Source: Candidatus Komeilibacteria bacterium
GTDB lineage: Bacteria; Patescibacteriota; Patescibacteriia; UBA1558; S5-K13
Reading direction: 5' to 3'
Assembly: GCA_030591905.1 (NCBI GenBank)
Contig: JAUVAE010000001.1
Location: 1-35,321 of the forward strand
DNA length: 35,321 nt
Shown here: positions 15,910 through 26,293 of the stretch, piece after piece
Layout: each line of letters starts with the position of its first letter
How positions within the stretch are numbered: the stretch's first letter is position 1
Notes under the pieces: generated by a model
The model's input: only the letters and a program-made list of their open reading frames with translations
The model's database searches: none
Told to the model about the DNA's origin: nothing
Translations under genes and position numbers: made by a program

Positions 15910-18669
15910 ATGTCTTTTTTTGGTTTAACATCTTTATTAACTTCAATACTAAGTTTAATTATTGGAATTTTTGTAATATGGAAAAATTCAAAGTCTACTC
16001 TTAATAGGGGTTGGTTTTTTGTAAGTATAAGTGCTTCAATTTGGGCGTTTGGTTTATTTGGTGTTGTAGAATCTACTAATCAAGAAAATGCTTTATTTTT
16101 TCAATATATTTTAGATTTTGGCGGCATTCTTATTCCGCTTTTCTTTTTTCTTTTCATATTACATTTATTGAATTTGTATAAAAAGTTGAGAATATTTTTT
16201 TATTTATCTGTTTGTTTTAGTTGTATTTTAATATTAATTAGTTTTACTAAATTGTTTAAATTAGGAGTCTCTCCAAAGTTTGGATTTAATTTTTGGATAG
16301 ATACTGGCCCATTATATATATTATTTCCACTATTTTTTGGCCTTTTAGTAACAGCTTCAATATATTTGATATTGATAAATTTTCGTAATTTACATGGAGC
16401 AAAAAAATTACAGGTAATTTATATTTTATTAACAGCTTTATTTGGTTTTGGTGGTGGACTTACTAATTTCTTTCCACAATTAATAGGGACTTATCCTTTT
16501 GGGAATTTTTTTACTATATTTTATATAGGAGGAATTAGTTATGCCATAGCTAAATATCGTCTTATGGATATTCGTTTAGTTATATCTAAGAGTATTTTAT
16601 ATTTTTTATTAATTGGTTTTGTGGCTACAGCATTTACATCAATAACATTTTTTACAGGAGAAATTCTTAGTAATCAAACGGTTACTTCGCAATTAATAAC
16701 TACTTTAGCAGTATCTTTAATAATAATTATAGGACTAGATCCTTTAAAAAGATTTTTGAGTAATATTACAGATAAGATTTTTTATAGAGGAAAAATCAAT
16801 TATCAAGATGTTTTAAGGAAATTAAGCGAGATTACAGCTAAAGAAATTAATCTAGGAAAATTACTTATTGATTTATCACAAAGTATTGAAAAATTATTAA
16901 AGTATAAAGGGGTAGACTTTTTATATAAAAGTAATAGTTCGGGAATTTATCGAGGAATTATTGATAATACCGGAATTATTACCGATAAAGAGGAGATTGT
17001 TAAATATTTAGAAAATACCAAAGAAATTATTATTACTGAAGAATTAGAAATAAGAGTGCGTGAAAAATTGGGAGAAGAAAAAAAATACTTACTTTCTATA
17101 ATTAAACGTTTACAAAAGATGAAAGTAGGATTAATAGCGCCTATAATTTCAGAAGAAAGGATAATTGCTTTTTTTATTGTTAATAAAAAATTGTCTGATG
17201 ATGTTTTTTCTAGCCAAGATTTAAATTTAATATCAGTGATGAATCCTCAGATTGCTAATGCTTTAGAAAAATCAAAATTATATAATGAAGTCCAAGAATT
17301 TAATGTTAAATTACAAGAAAAAGTTGATAAAGCTACGGAGGAGTTAAAACATGCTAATGCTGATTTAGAAACTCGTAATAAATATTTAACAGCCTTACAA
17401 AAAGTAAGTGGTACTATTAGTAGGAGTTTGGATTTCACAGAAGTAGTTCAATTTATTGCCGATAGTATTCAGACTGAGATTGGTTTTGCAGGAGGAGTTG
17501 TTAATTTTATTGATGAAAAAGATAAAAGTATTTATATCGGGGCGATGACCAAAGATAAAAGAATTGATCAGGCGACTAAAATTTTAGTAAAAAATCCTTT
17601 TGATTATAAAGTTTCCTTAACAGAAAAAGATAATTTAGCAGTTAAGTCAATTCTGAGTGGAGAGATTCAAAAAAGTGCTAAAATTTATGATTTATTCAAA
17701 CCAGCAATTGATCAGAAAATGGGAGAGCTTATTCAGCAAGCTTTAAATATACATTCAGCTGTATCAGTGCCAATTTATTCCGGAAATAAAATTATTGGTT
17801 CTATTGATTTCTTTATTGAAAAACAAATTGATGAAATGAAAGATATTGATATTGAGGTTATGAAATCTTTAGCTGACCAAGCTGGTTTAGTTATTGATAA
17901 TTTAAAATTATATAAACAGATTAGAAAGAAGAACGTAGCTTTAAAACAAGCCAATGTTCATTTGAAAAAATTAGATGAAGCTAAATCAGAATTTTTATCA
18001 ATTGCTTCTCATCAATTACGTACTCCATTAACTGGAATAAAAGGTTATTTATCTATGATTTTAGAAGGTGACTACGGAAAAGTGGATAAAAAACAAGAGA
18101 AAATTATTCAAGATGTATTTAATGCTAGTGATAGAATGAGTAGGTTAATTAATGTTTTTTTGAATGTCTCTAGAATTGAATCTGGTCGTTTAAAGTTAGA
18201 GTATACAGATGTCAATTTAGGAGATTTAATTAATGAATGTATAAAAGATTTAAAATCTCCTGCTCAGAAAAAAGGTTTAAAATTAACTTTCAATCATAAA
18301 AAGAATAAAATTCCAATTATCAGTGCCGACTCTGATAAAATAAAAGATGTAATTCTTAATTTGATTGATAATGCTATTAAATACACTCCTCAAGGTAAAA
18401 TTGATATTAAATTATTAAAACAAGATGATGATCAAATTTTGGTTCAAGTTAAAGATACGGGTATTGGTTTAGATGGTTTTGGAATAGAAAAATTGTTTAG
18501 TAAATTTTCTCGGGGCAATGGTATTTCCAAAATTAATACTGGAGGTTCTGGTTTAGGTCTTTATATTGTTAAAAGGATTATTGAAGAGCATGGTGGAAAA
18601 GCTTGGGCTGAAAGTGAAGGTTTAGATAAGGGAAGTATTTTCCAATTCACATTGCCAATTAATAAATAG
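15910..18669 (+). CDS. Membrane sensor histidine kinase (7TM, two GAF-like domains, HisKA, HATPase)
   Basis: FLSIASHQLRTPLTGIKG H-box, NLIDNAIKY N-box, DTGIG, GGSGLGLYIV. Confidence 0.93.
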   Translation: MSFFGLTSLLTSILSLIIGIFVIWKNSKSTLNRGWFFVSISASIWAFGLFGVVESTNQENALFFQYILDFGGILIPLFFFLFILHLLNLYKKLRIFFYLSVCFSCILILISFTKLFKLGVSPKFGFNFWIDTGPLYILFPLFFGLLVTASIYLILINFRNLHGAKKLQVIYILLTALFGFGGGLTNFFPQLIGTYPFGNFFTIFYIGGISYAIAKYRLMDIRLVISKSILYFLLIGFVATAFTSITFFTGEILSNQTVTSQLITTLAVSLIIIIGLDPLKRFLSNITDKIFYRGKINYQDVLRKLSEITAKEINLGKLLIDLSQSIEKLLKYKGVDFLYKSNSSGIYRGIIDNTGIITDKEEIVKYLENTKEIIITEELEIRVREKLGEEKKYLLSIIKRLQKMKVGLIAPIISEERIIAFFIVNKKLSDDVFSSQDLNLISVMNPQIANALEKSKLYNEVQEFNVKLQEKVDKATEELKHANADLETRNKYLTALQKVSGTISRSLDFTEVVQFIADSIQTEIGFAGGVVNFIDEKDKSIYIGAMTKDKRIDQATKILVKNPFDYKVSLTEKDNLAVKSILSGEIQKSAKIYDLFKPAIDQKMGELIQQALNIHSAVSVPIYSGNKIIGSIDFFIEKQIDEMKDIDIEVMKSLADQAGLVIDNLKLYKQIRKKNVALKQANVHLKKLDEAKSEFLSIASHQLRTPLTGIKGYLSMILEGDYGKVDKKQEKIIQDVFNASDRMSRLINVFLNVSRIESGRLKLEYTDVNLGDLINECIKDLKSPAQKKGLKLTFNHKKNKIPIISADSDKIKDVILNLIDNAIKYTPQGKIDIKLLKQDDDQILVQVKDTGIGLDGFGIEKLFSKFSRGNGISKINTGGSGLGLYIVKRIIEEHGGKAWAESEGLDKGSIFQFTLPINK

Positions 18670-18792
18670 TAATTAGGTATTAGTCATTAGAGATTAGAAG
18701 GATGCAGAATGCAAATTAAGAATTATGAAAATACAAAAAAGATATTTAAAATTTATTTGAAATTTAAAATTAGAAATTAAGAATTGATTAAT

Positions 18793-19263
18793 ATGTATAT
18801 TATTCATGAACAAAGGCAAAAATCTAATCCTATTATTACATCAATATATATTATTACTTTTATAGTTTTATTATTAGTTATTATTAATCCTAGTTTTTTA
18901 AAATTACCAGATTTACCAAAAGTTTCTAGAATTGTTTTAATAGTAGTTTTATTAGTGGATATAGTTTTTTTTAGAAGTCTTTATGAATTAAAATTTAGAG
19001 TTACTAGTGAAGGTTTAGAATTTGGCTATGGACTTTTTAAAAATAAAGTTGTCAAAGAAAACATTGGGTCAGTTTTAATAGATAGTTCTAAAGGTAATTT
19101 TTTTGGATATGGTATAAGGTTTGGTAAAGATAAAACAATAGGATTTATTGCTAGATCTGGTAGTGGTTTGAGAATAATTTTTAAAGATCAAAGAAGATTT
19201 TTTGTTACTATGAATAATCCCGAAGAAGCTCTAAATATTATTAAGCAAAATAATTATGTATAA
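18793..19263 (+). CDS. Membrane protein, two TM helices plus bPH-like soluble domain; start taken at ATG 18793
   Basis: Two hydrophobic segments followed by GYGIRF...FFVTMNNPEE. Confidence 0.55.
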   Translation: MYIIHEQRQKSNPIITSIYIITFIVLLLVIINPSFLKLPDLPKVSRIVLIVVLLVDIVFFRSLYELKFRVTSEGLEFGYGLFKNKVVKENIGSVLIDSSKGNFFGYGIRFGKDKTIGFIARSGSGLRIIFKDQRRFFVTMNNPEEALNIIKQNNYV

Positions 19264-20449
19264 ATTTAAAAGCATGAGAACAATAGGAGATTTACAGGGA
19301 AAGAAAGTTTTGTTGAAATTAGATTTAAATTTGTCTTTAGATGAAAATAGGAAGGTTAATACAAATTCTATTTTAAGAATTAAGTCGATTTTGCCAACCA
19401 TAAATTATTTAATGGATAAAGGGGCTAGAATAGTTATTATTGCTTATTTAGGGCGTCCAGAGGCTAAATTTGAAGAAGAATTGAGGATGAATCCAGTTGC
19501 AAAGCTATTGTCGAGGTATATAAATAAAGAAGTAAAAAAAGTAGATTCTTGTATGGCTGAGGATATAAAAAATGATATTAATGAAATGAATGATTCAGAT
19601 GTTTTATTATTAGAAAATATAAGATTTTATAAAGAGGAAGAAGATAATGATCAGAAAATGGCTAAGTCTTTAGCACAATTGTTTGATGTATATATAAATG
19701 ATTCATTCTCAAATGCCCATAGAGATCATATGTCATCCTCAGCGATTACTAAGTTTTTACCAAGTTATATAGGATTTAAATTTCAAGAAGAAATAGAAAA
19801 TTTAGATGGTATTTTAAAAACCGAATGTAATAATATATTATTAATTTTAGGTGGTGCTAAAATTAAAACCAAGTTATCTTTAATTGAAAAATTAATCGAT
19901 AAATTTGATAAAGTATTGCTGGGGGGTGTAATGGCTAACACTTTTTTAAAAGCTAGAAAGATTAATATTGGAAAATCTATTTTTGAAAAAGAATGTTTGA
20001 AAAAAGCCAAGAGCATTGATAGTGATAAAATTATATTACCAAAAGATGTTTTAGTTTCTAATGAAATAGCATCAACATCAGAAGCATCTATTAAAAATAT
20101 AGAAGATATAGATTCAAATGATTTAATTTTAGATATAGGACCCCAGACAATTGAATTGTTTTCGAATCATATTAATAATACAGAGTTGATTCTTTGGAAT
20201 GGTCCAATGGGATATTTTGAGTTGAATCAATTTAGAAACGGGACTCAGGAATTAATTACAGAAATGGTAGAGTCTGGCGCTAGAATATATACTGGAGGAG
20301 GGGAGACCATTACAGTACTAAATGAGATGAATATGACGCAAGATTTTGATTTTGTCTCAATTGGTGGAGGAGCAATGCTTGAATTTTTAGCTGGAAATGA
20401 ATTACCAGCATTAAAAGCTTTAGAAGAGAATGATTTAAAATATAATTAA
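19256..20449 (+). CDS. pgk: Phosphoglycerate kinase
   Basis: LGRP, LLENIRF, GGAK, DIGPQT, WNGPMGYFE, GGGET, SIGGGAMLEFLAG. Confidence 0.93.
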   Translation: MYKFKSMRTIGDLQGKKVLLKLDLNLSLDENRKVNTNSILRIKSILPTINYLMDKGARIVIIAYLGRPEAKFEEELRMNPVAKLLSRYINKEVKKVDSCMAEDIKNDINEMNDSDVLLLENIRFYKEEEDNDQKMAKSLAQLFDVYINDSFSNAHRDHMSSSAITKFLPSYIGFKFQEEIENLDGILKTECNNILLILGGAKIKTKLSLIEKLIDKFDKVLLGGVMANTFLKARKINIGKSIFEKECLKKAKSIDSDKIILPKDVLVSNEIASTSEASIKNIEDIDSNDLILDIGPQTIELFSNHINNTELILWNGPMGYFELNQFRNGTQELITEMVESGARIYTGGGETITVLNEMNMTQDFDFVSIGGGAMLEFLAGNELPALKALEENDLKYN

Positions 20450-20450
20450 T

Positions 20451-20538
20451 AATTAAAATCTAAATGATAAATTCTAATATATTTGTATTTTGATATTTGA
20501 AATTTATTTGGGATTTGATATTTAGAATTTGGGATTTA
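20451..20538. repeat. Empty or degenerate heptad-array element between pgk and eno
   Basis: ATCTAAA TGATAAA TTCTAAT then TTTGATA TTTGAAA...TTTGGGA TTTGATA TTTAGAA TTTGGGA. Confidence 0.6.
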
Positions 20539-20546
20539 ACAATATT

Positions 20547-21806
20547 ATGCCTAAAATTGAAAAAATAATTGCTCGAGAAATTTTAGATTCTCGAGGTAAT
20601 CCAACTGTTAGTGTTACGGTATTTTTAACTGATGGTAAATATTATTTTGCGTCTGTACCATCTGGTGCTTCAACTGGTAGTTCAGAAGCTTACGAGTTAA
20701 AAGATGGAGATAATTCTAGATATCATGGATTAGGCGTTTTAAGAGCAGTTGAAAATATTAATACTAAGATAAACAAGTTATTAAAGGGTTGTGACATTAG
20801 CGATTCTAAAAGTATAGATAAAAAAATGATAGAACTTGATGGGACTGATAATAAAATGAATTTGGGAGCTAATGCTATCATAGCCGTCTCCTTAGCCATA
20901 AATAAAGCAGCTGCTGGTAGCAATAATTTACCACTCTATAAATTTATAAATGAATATTATGATTTTATAGCGGATCCAAAACTTCCTATACCTTTAGTTA
21001 ATATCTTTAACGGAGGAAAACATGCTAGTACTAATTTAGATTTTCAGGAATTATGGATAATTCCAGAGAAATTTGATAGTTTTAAAGAGAGATTAAGAGT
21101 AAGTTCTGAAATATTTCATGAATTTGGAAGAGTTTTATCAGAAAATGGTTATGATACAGATTTGGGTAATGAAGGTGGTTATGCTCCTGATTTAAAGAGA
21201 ACTAATGATGCTTGGGATATGATTTTAGAATCTGTTAAAAGAGCTGGTTATGAAAATCAGATAGTTTTGGGTTTGGATGCGGGAGCTTCTACTTTTTATA
21301 ATAAACATTCTAAGAAGTATAAAATTGAATTGGATAAAAAAGATTTAAATTCAACGGAGATGATTAATTATTATATGGATTGGATCAAAAAGTATCCTAT
21401 AAAATATATAGAAGATCCTCTAGATGAGGATGATTGGGATAATTGGGGAGAGTTAAAGAAAACAATAGATTTATCTCAAAAAAATATTCTTGTTATCGGA
21501 GATGATTTATTTACTACTAATGTGGAGAGACTTCAAAGGGGTATAGACAATAATAGTGCAAATGCTATTATTATAAAATCAAATCAAATTGGTACTATTA
21601 GTGAGACCATTGATTGTATTAAATTAGCCCAAGATAATAAATTTTCAATAATTATTTCACATCGGAGCGGTGAAACCTGTGATGATTTTATTGCTGATTT
21701 AGCTGTTGGTTCTGGGGCGGAGTATATCAAAACAGGATCCATTTCTAGGGGAGAAAGGATTTGTAAATATAATAAATTATTAGCAATTGAAGAAGAATTA
21801 TTATGA
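20547..21806 (+). CDS. eno: Enolase; start taken at ATG 20547
   Basis: AREILDSRGNPTV, VPSGASTG, NGGKHA, GDDLFTTN, SHRSGET, IKTGS. Confidence 0.96.
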   Translation: MPKIEKIIAREILDSRGNPTVSVTVFLTDGKYYFASVPSGASTGSSEAYELKDGDNSRYHGLGVLRAVENINTKINKLLKGCDISDSKSIDKKMIELDGTDNKMNLGANAIIAVSLAINKAAAGSNNLPLYKFINEYYDFIADPKLPIPLVNIFNGGKHASTNLDFQELWIIPEKFDSFKERLRVSSEIFHEFGRVLSENGYDTDLGNEGGYAPDLKRTNDAWDMILESVKRAGYENQIVLGLDAGASTFYNKHSKKYKIELDKKDLNSTEMINYYMDWIKKYPIKYIEDPLDEDDWDNWGELKKTIDLSQKNILVIGDDLFTTNVERLQRGIDNNSANAIIIKSNQIGTISETIDCIKLAQDNKFSIIISHRSGETCDDFIADLAVGSGAEYIKTGSISRGERICKYNKLLAIEEELL

Positions 21807-23353
21807 AAAAGAAACAAGTCATTTTAGTTATATTAGACGGTTGGGGAATAGCACCACCTTCAAAAGGCAATGCCATAACATTAGCGAAAACTCCGACCTA
21901 TAATTATTTATTGAAAACATATTCTAGCACTAAACTAATTGCTAGCGGTGTTAAGGTTGGTCTGCCAAAAACACAAGACGGTAATTCTGAAGCAGGTCAT
22001 ATGAATATTGGCGCCGGTCGAATTGTCAAACAAGATGATATGTATATCACGGCCGCTATTAAGGATGGTACTTTTTTTAAAAACTCAGCATTTTTAGAAG
22101 CTGTTAGACATGTTAAAAAGAATAAATCTAATCTCCATTTAATGGGTTTATTAACTGGGATTCAAAGTGCCCATGTTAATCCAAAACACTTGGATGAATT
22201 ATTGGGATTATTAAAGAAAAGTGGAATTAAAAAAGTTTATTTACATTTATTTAGTGATGGAAGAGATGCTCCAAAGTACGCTAGTATTGATTATTTAAAA
22301 AAATTAAAAGCCAAGTTTAGAAATGGAGAAAAGATAGCTACTATAATTGGTAGATCTTATGCTATGGATAGAAATAAAAGATGGGAGAAAAGTGAAAAAG
22401 CATATAAAGCCATGGTAAATGGAAAAGGATATAGAGTTAATTCTGCTGAAGAAGCAATAAATCAAGCATATAATAGAGGAGAGTCCGATGAATTTATTGG
22501 TCCTACAGTTATTATGCATAATAAGAAGCCAGTTGGAGAAATTAAGAATAATGATTCAGTAATATTTTTTAACCTAAGATCTGATAGAGCTAGGCAATTG
22601 ACTAAATTATTTGTCCAGAAAAATGTTTGTGATCGAAATAAAACTTGTAGTATTAATATAAATAAATTGAAAAATATTAAATTTATTTCTCTAAGTGATT
22701 TTGGTCCTGATCTTGATGGTATTTTAACTGCTTTCCCTTCTAAAGATTTAGAGAAAACATTGCCAATGCAATTGAAAAAATATAAACAATTATATATAGC
22801 TGAGAGCGAAAAATATGCCCATGTAACTTATTTTTTTAACGGTGGTTATAAGGATCCAGTTGCTGGTGAATTTAGAGAAATGATTCCATCACCAGATGTT
22901 GATTCCTATGACTTGCGACCAGAGATGGGCTCTAATAAGATTGTCAAAAAATTAATAAAATATATTAATAAAAATCAATATGATTTTTATACAGTTAATT
23001 TTGCTAGTCCAGATATGATTGCTCATACTGGGAATTTATCAGCCGGAATAAAGGCGGTTGAAAATATTGATAAATGTTTAAAAAATCTTCATGAAGTGGT
23101 TAAAAAGAATAAAAATGTAACTATGATAGTTACATCAGACCATGGAAATATTGAAGAAATGATTAATCTAGAGACTGGCGAAATAGATACAAAACATTCT
23201 AGTAATCTAGTGCCCTTTATTTTAATTAATGATAAATTTAAAAATAAAAGATTAAAGAGGGGTATATTGGGCGATATTGCTCCGACAATTTTAGATATTA
23301 TGGATTTACCAAAGCCTAAATTAATGTCTGGAAAGAGTTTGTTGCGTAAATAA
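21803..23353 (+). CDS. gpmI: 2,3-bisphosphoglycerate-independent phosphoglycerate mutase
   Basis: ILDGWG, GNSEAGH, DGRD, YAMDR, ESEKYAHVTYFFNGG, PDMIAHTG, TSDHGN, TKHS. Confidence 0.96.
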   Translation: MKKKQVILVILDGWGIAPPSKGNAITLAKTPTYNYLLKTYSSTKLIASGVKVGLPKTQDGNSEAGHMNIGAGRIVKQDDMYITAAIKDGTFFKNSAFLEAVRHVKKNKSNLHLMGLLTGIQSAHVNPKHLDELLGLLKKSGIKKVYLHLFSDGRDAPKYASIDYLKKLKAKFRNGEKIATIIGRSYAMDRNKRWEKSEKAYKAMVNGKGYRVNSAEEAINQAYNRGESDEFIGPTVIMHNKKPVGEIKNNDSVIFFNLRSDRARQLTKLFVQKNVCDRNKTCSININKLKNIKFISLSDFGPDLDGILTAFPSKDLEKTLPMQLKKYKQLYIAESEKYAHVTYFFNGGYKDPVAGEFREMIPSPDVDSYDLRPEMGSNKIVKKLIKYINKNQYDFYTVNFASPDMIAHTGNLSAGIKAVENIDKCLKNLHEVVKKNKNVTMIVTSDHGNIEEMINLETGEIDTKHSSNLVPFILINDKFKNKRLKRGILGDIAPTILDIMDLPKPKLMSGKSLLRK

Positions 23354-23358
23354 GTATT

Positions 23359-23473
23359 ATTCACCCCGTTAAAGAATTTGAAACAAGAATAAATTTATTA
23401 TTTTAATTTAAGAGGATGGTAAAAAATATTATTTTATGTTATTTAATAAATATTAACATTTAACAGGGTGAAT
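23359..23473. repeat. Palindromic element ATTCACCCCGTTAAA...TTTAACAGGGTGAAT
   Basis: 15-nt terminal inverted repeat with one mismatch. Confidence 0.75.
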
Positions 23474-24256
23474 GAATTTATAAGACTAAAACCTTTATGT
23501 TTAATTATAATCAGCGGATTACACGTTGATTATTTATCTAATAGTAAGATTAATAACCTGAAGGCTTTGATTGATAATTATCCGTTTTTAACCCTGAGTT
23601 CTTCAGAAAAAAATATCGATAAATTTTATAATAGTTATGTTGAATTGGGAAGTGGTAATCCTATTAACGAAGATAATAGAACATCATTAGCACAAGTAAT
23701 TAGTGATGCTGGATTAAGTCAATTACATTTAGCGGATACAGAATCTTATGCTTATATTACTTATTTTTTAAATAATAGAAATAAGTTGAGACATAATAAA
23801 GAAATTTGGTTTAAAAATTCTTTATCAAAATTTGATTTTCGTTTAGATAGTACCAATACAACACATAATAAATTAACAAAAAAATTAATCAAAGAGATTA
23901 ATAGGCAGTACTATGATTTTATTGTTATTAATTACAACAATTTATTGTTAAGTTCAAATAAAATTAAAGCATTAAATAATTTAGATAAAAAGATAAAAGA
24001 TGTAGTTGATACTATATTATCATTTAATGGTGCTGTTTTAATAACATCGAATAGTGGTTTGATAAAATCAAATAATAGAGTTCCTTTATTTTTAATTAGC
24101 AAAGCGTGGAAAAATAAAAGTTTTATTAATTATGATTGTAGGAAAAAAATAAATAAACAAATTGTTAATGGTGATATTAGTCAGATTTCTCCCACAATTT
24201 TAAAAATACTTGGACTTTCCAAGCCGAGAGGAATGAAAACTAATTCCTTAATTTAG
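23468..24256 (+). CDS. Truncated, degenerate GpmI paralogue (metalloenzyme domain only)
   Basis: SLAQVISDAGLSQLHLADTESYAYITYFLN, YDFIVINY, GAVLITS, VPLFLI, GDISQISPTILKILGLSKPRGM. Confidence 0.7.
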   Translation: MNEFIRLKPLCLIIISGLHVDYLSNSKINNLKALIDNYPFLTLSSSEKNIDKFYNSYVELGSGNPINEDNRTSLAQVISDAGLSQLHLADTESYAYITYFLNNRNKLRHNKEIWFKNSLSKFDFRLDSTNTTHNKLTKKLIKEINRQYYDFIVINYNNLLLSSNKIKALNNLDKKIKDVVDTILSFNGAVLITSNSGLIKSNNRVPLFLISKAWKNKSFINYDCRKKINKQIVNGDISQISPTILKILGLSKPRGMKTNSLI

Positions 24257-24261
24257 ATTAG

Positions 24262-24693
24262 TTAGATTATAATAAATATTAAATAGGTCAATATAAATCC
24301 AGTTATAACTCCAGCGATTACCTGAATCATAGTATGGGAGATTCGTTCATTTAGTGTTTTGTATTTATATTCAAGTTCGTCGGGCAAATCGATAATAAGT
24401 TTATTTATTGTTTTACTATGTTCTGTTAAATATCCTCTAAAACCAATGGCGTCAGTAATAACGATAATAGCTAAGAAAAAACTAACAGCAAAGGCTGGAG
24501 AATCAATACCTTCAGTTAAAGCAATTATAGTTGATAGAGAAGTCACTAAAGCACTATGAGCAGAAGGCATTCCGCCGTAAGATATTAAATTTTTCCATGA
24601 AAATCTACCTCTTATTGCCTCAATAATTGGTTTTACAATTAATTGAGTTATGAGGGCTATTGCTAATGGTATTAGTATCAGTTCGTATTTCAT
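24262..24693 (-). CDS. Divergent PAP2 family (DUF212) membrane protein
   Basis: GGMPSAHSALV, VITDAIGFR, ERISHT..QVIAG. Confidence 0.88.
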   Translation of the reverse strand: MKYELILIPLAIALITQLIVKPIIEAIRGRFSWKNLISYGGMPSAHSALVTSLSTIIALTEGIDSPAFAVSFFLAIIVITDAIGFRGYLTEHSKTINKLIIDLPDELEYKYKTLNERISHTMIQVIAGVITGFILTYLIFIII

Positions 24694-24750
24694 ATTTAAG
24701 TGGTTAATTATAATATACTATAATTATAATAAGAAATTAATAACTATTCA

Positions 24751-25557
24751 ATGATCATTTATCTCCAAACAATATTATTATCCTTGGTACAGGCTATTAC
24801 TGAATTTTTACCAGTATCAAGTTCTGGCCATTTAATTATATTTCATAACTTATTGAATTCAGAGTTACTGAATAATTTAAGTTTTGATGTGGCTTTACAT
24901 GGTGGAAGCTTATTAGCAATTATTATTTTTTTTTATAAAGATATTCGGATAGCTATTAATGATTTTATAAGCAACCTAAAAAATAAAACACTAAATAATG
25001 ATTTAATATTAATTATTATTATTTCTATTATACCAGCCGGCTTAATTGGGTTTTTTTTGGAAGAGACTATAAATATTTTCAGAAAACCTGTTATTGTTGC
25101 TATAGCTTTAATATTTGGTTCCATATTATTTATATTGACAGAAAAGTTTTTTAAATATAGAAAAGATTTATCAAATATAAGTATTTCTAATGGTATTTTT
25201 ATTGGAATTGCTCAGTGTCTAGCCTTTATCCCTGGAATGTCAAGGAGTGGTATTACTATTGTGGCAGGAATGAATAGAGGACTAAGTAGAACTGATGCTG
25301 CTAGATTCTCTTTTTTATTAGCAATCCCATTATTATTAGGTGCTTTTATTAAAAAAACAGCCGATGTTTTAACATCTACTGCTCAATTGAATACTTTTTT
25401 TATTTTAGGTTTTCTAATTACCTTTATTTTTAGTTTAGTAGCAATTAAAATTTTAATGAAATTATTGAAAAGTAAATTTGGTTTATATGGCTTTGCAATT
25501 TATAGAATAATTGTAGCCATAATTATACTTTTATTTTTATTTAGATCCACCGTTTAA
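24751..25557 (+). CDS. uppP: Undecaprenyl-diphosphate phosphatase
   Basis: QAITEFLPVSSSGHL, FDVALHGG, PGMSRSGITI, AARFSFLLAIP. Confidence 0.95.
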   Translation: MIIYLQTILLSLVQAITEFLPVSSSGHLIIFHNLLNSELLNNLSFDVALHGGSLLAIIIFFYKDIRIAINDFISNLKNKTLNNDLILIIIISIIPAGLIGFFLEETINIFRKPVIVAIALIFGSILFILTEKFFKYRKDLSNISISNGIFIGIAQCLAFIPGMSRSGITIVAGMNRGLSRTDAARFSFLLAIPLLLGAFIKKTADVLTSTAQLNTFFILGFLITFIFSLVAIKILMKLLKSKFGLYGFAIYRIIVAIIILLFLFRSTV

Positions 25558-25702
25558 TAATCTTTTCTATTACAACTTAAAATTTTAGCTGTAAATTATT
25601 CAGAACTCGTTACTTATATTTTATATAACTTTTCTCGTCCTTTATAATTTTCGCTTAAAATTTTTTCGTTTCATTACGAAAAATTATTAAACATTGAATC
25701 TT

Positions 25703-26293
25703 TTAAACTAAGTGATTTTGTTCAGAATGGATCATTAATCTATTCTGATCATTAATATAAAGGATAAAATTTTCTGAAAGATGATCGCCTATTGTTTTTT
25801 CTAATGATAATGGCATTAGTTCTGGTCTGCCAAATATCTGGACAACAACATTATCATAAACAGCTATTCCAGTTTCAGTGAAATTTCTATTTAAGATATT
25901 TTCTTTATGTCCTGGTGATTTGAACCAGGCTTTTATTATTGATTCATTATTGGAAAAGTCTTTAGCTAAGTTTTCACCAATGAATGAATATTCATAGCCA
26001 GTCTCTTTTATCCAACTAGAAAATGTTTTACCATCTTCAGAGCTATGATTAAAATAGTTATTTTCTACTAAATCTTTTACTTTATTGATAGCAGATTGAG
26101 TTAATTTATCGTTGAATGTTAGAGGAGTTATATTGTTTTTTATTCTTTCTTTATTTACTAATTCAAATATAGCTCTTTCAGAAATATTTGGTTCTGCTAT
26201 AGCCATATTTATAATATTAAAAAAGAATAGCTCTGTGGATATAACAAAGAGGATTACTATTGTTTTAATGATTTTTTTAATATTTTTAGTCAT
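25703..26293 (-). CDS. Secreted CAP (SCP-like) domain protein; start taken at MTKNIKK
   Basis: Signal/TM segment, LVNKERIKN, YFNHSS, GENLA, WFKSPGHKENIL, VVQIFG. Confidence 0.88.
   Translation of the reverse strand: MTKNIKKIIKTIVILFVISTELFFFNIINMAIAEPNISERAIFELVNKERIKNNITPLTFNDKLTQSAINKVKDLVENNYFNHSSEDGKTFSSWIKETGYEYSFIGENLAKDFSNNESIIKAWFKSPGHKENILNRNFTETGIAVYDNVVVQIFGRPELMPLSLEKTIGDHLSENFILYINDQNRLMIHSEQNHLV

Noticed and set aside
19256..20449. Pgk as pseudoenzyme (SHLGRP to AYLGRP, DAFG to DSFS)
   Set aside because: Most substrate and ATP-binding motifs remain and the gene is full length in the glycolytic operon; divergence alone is insufficient.
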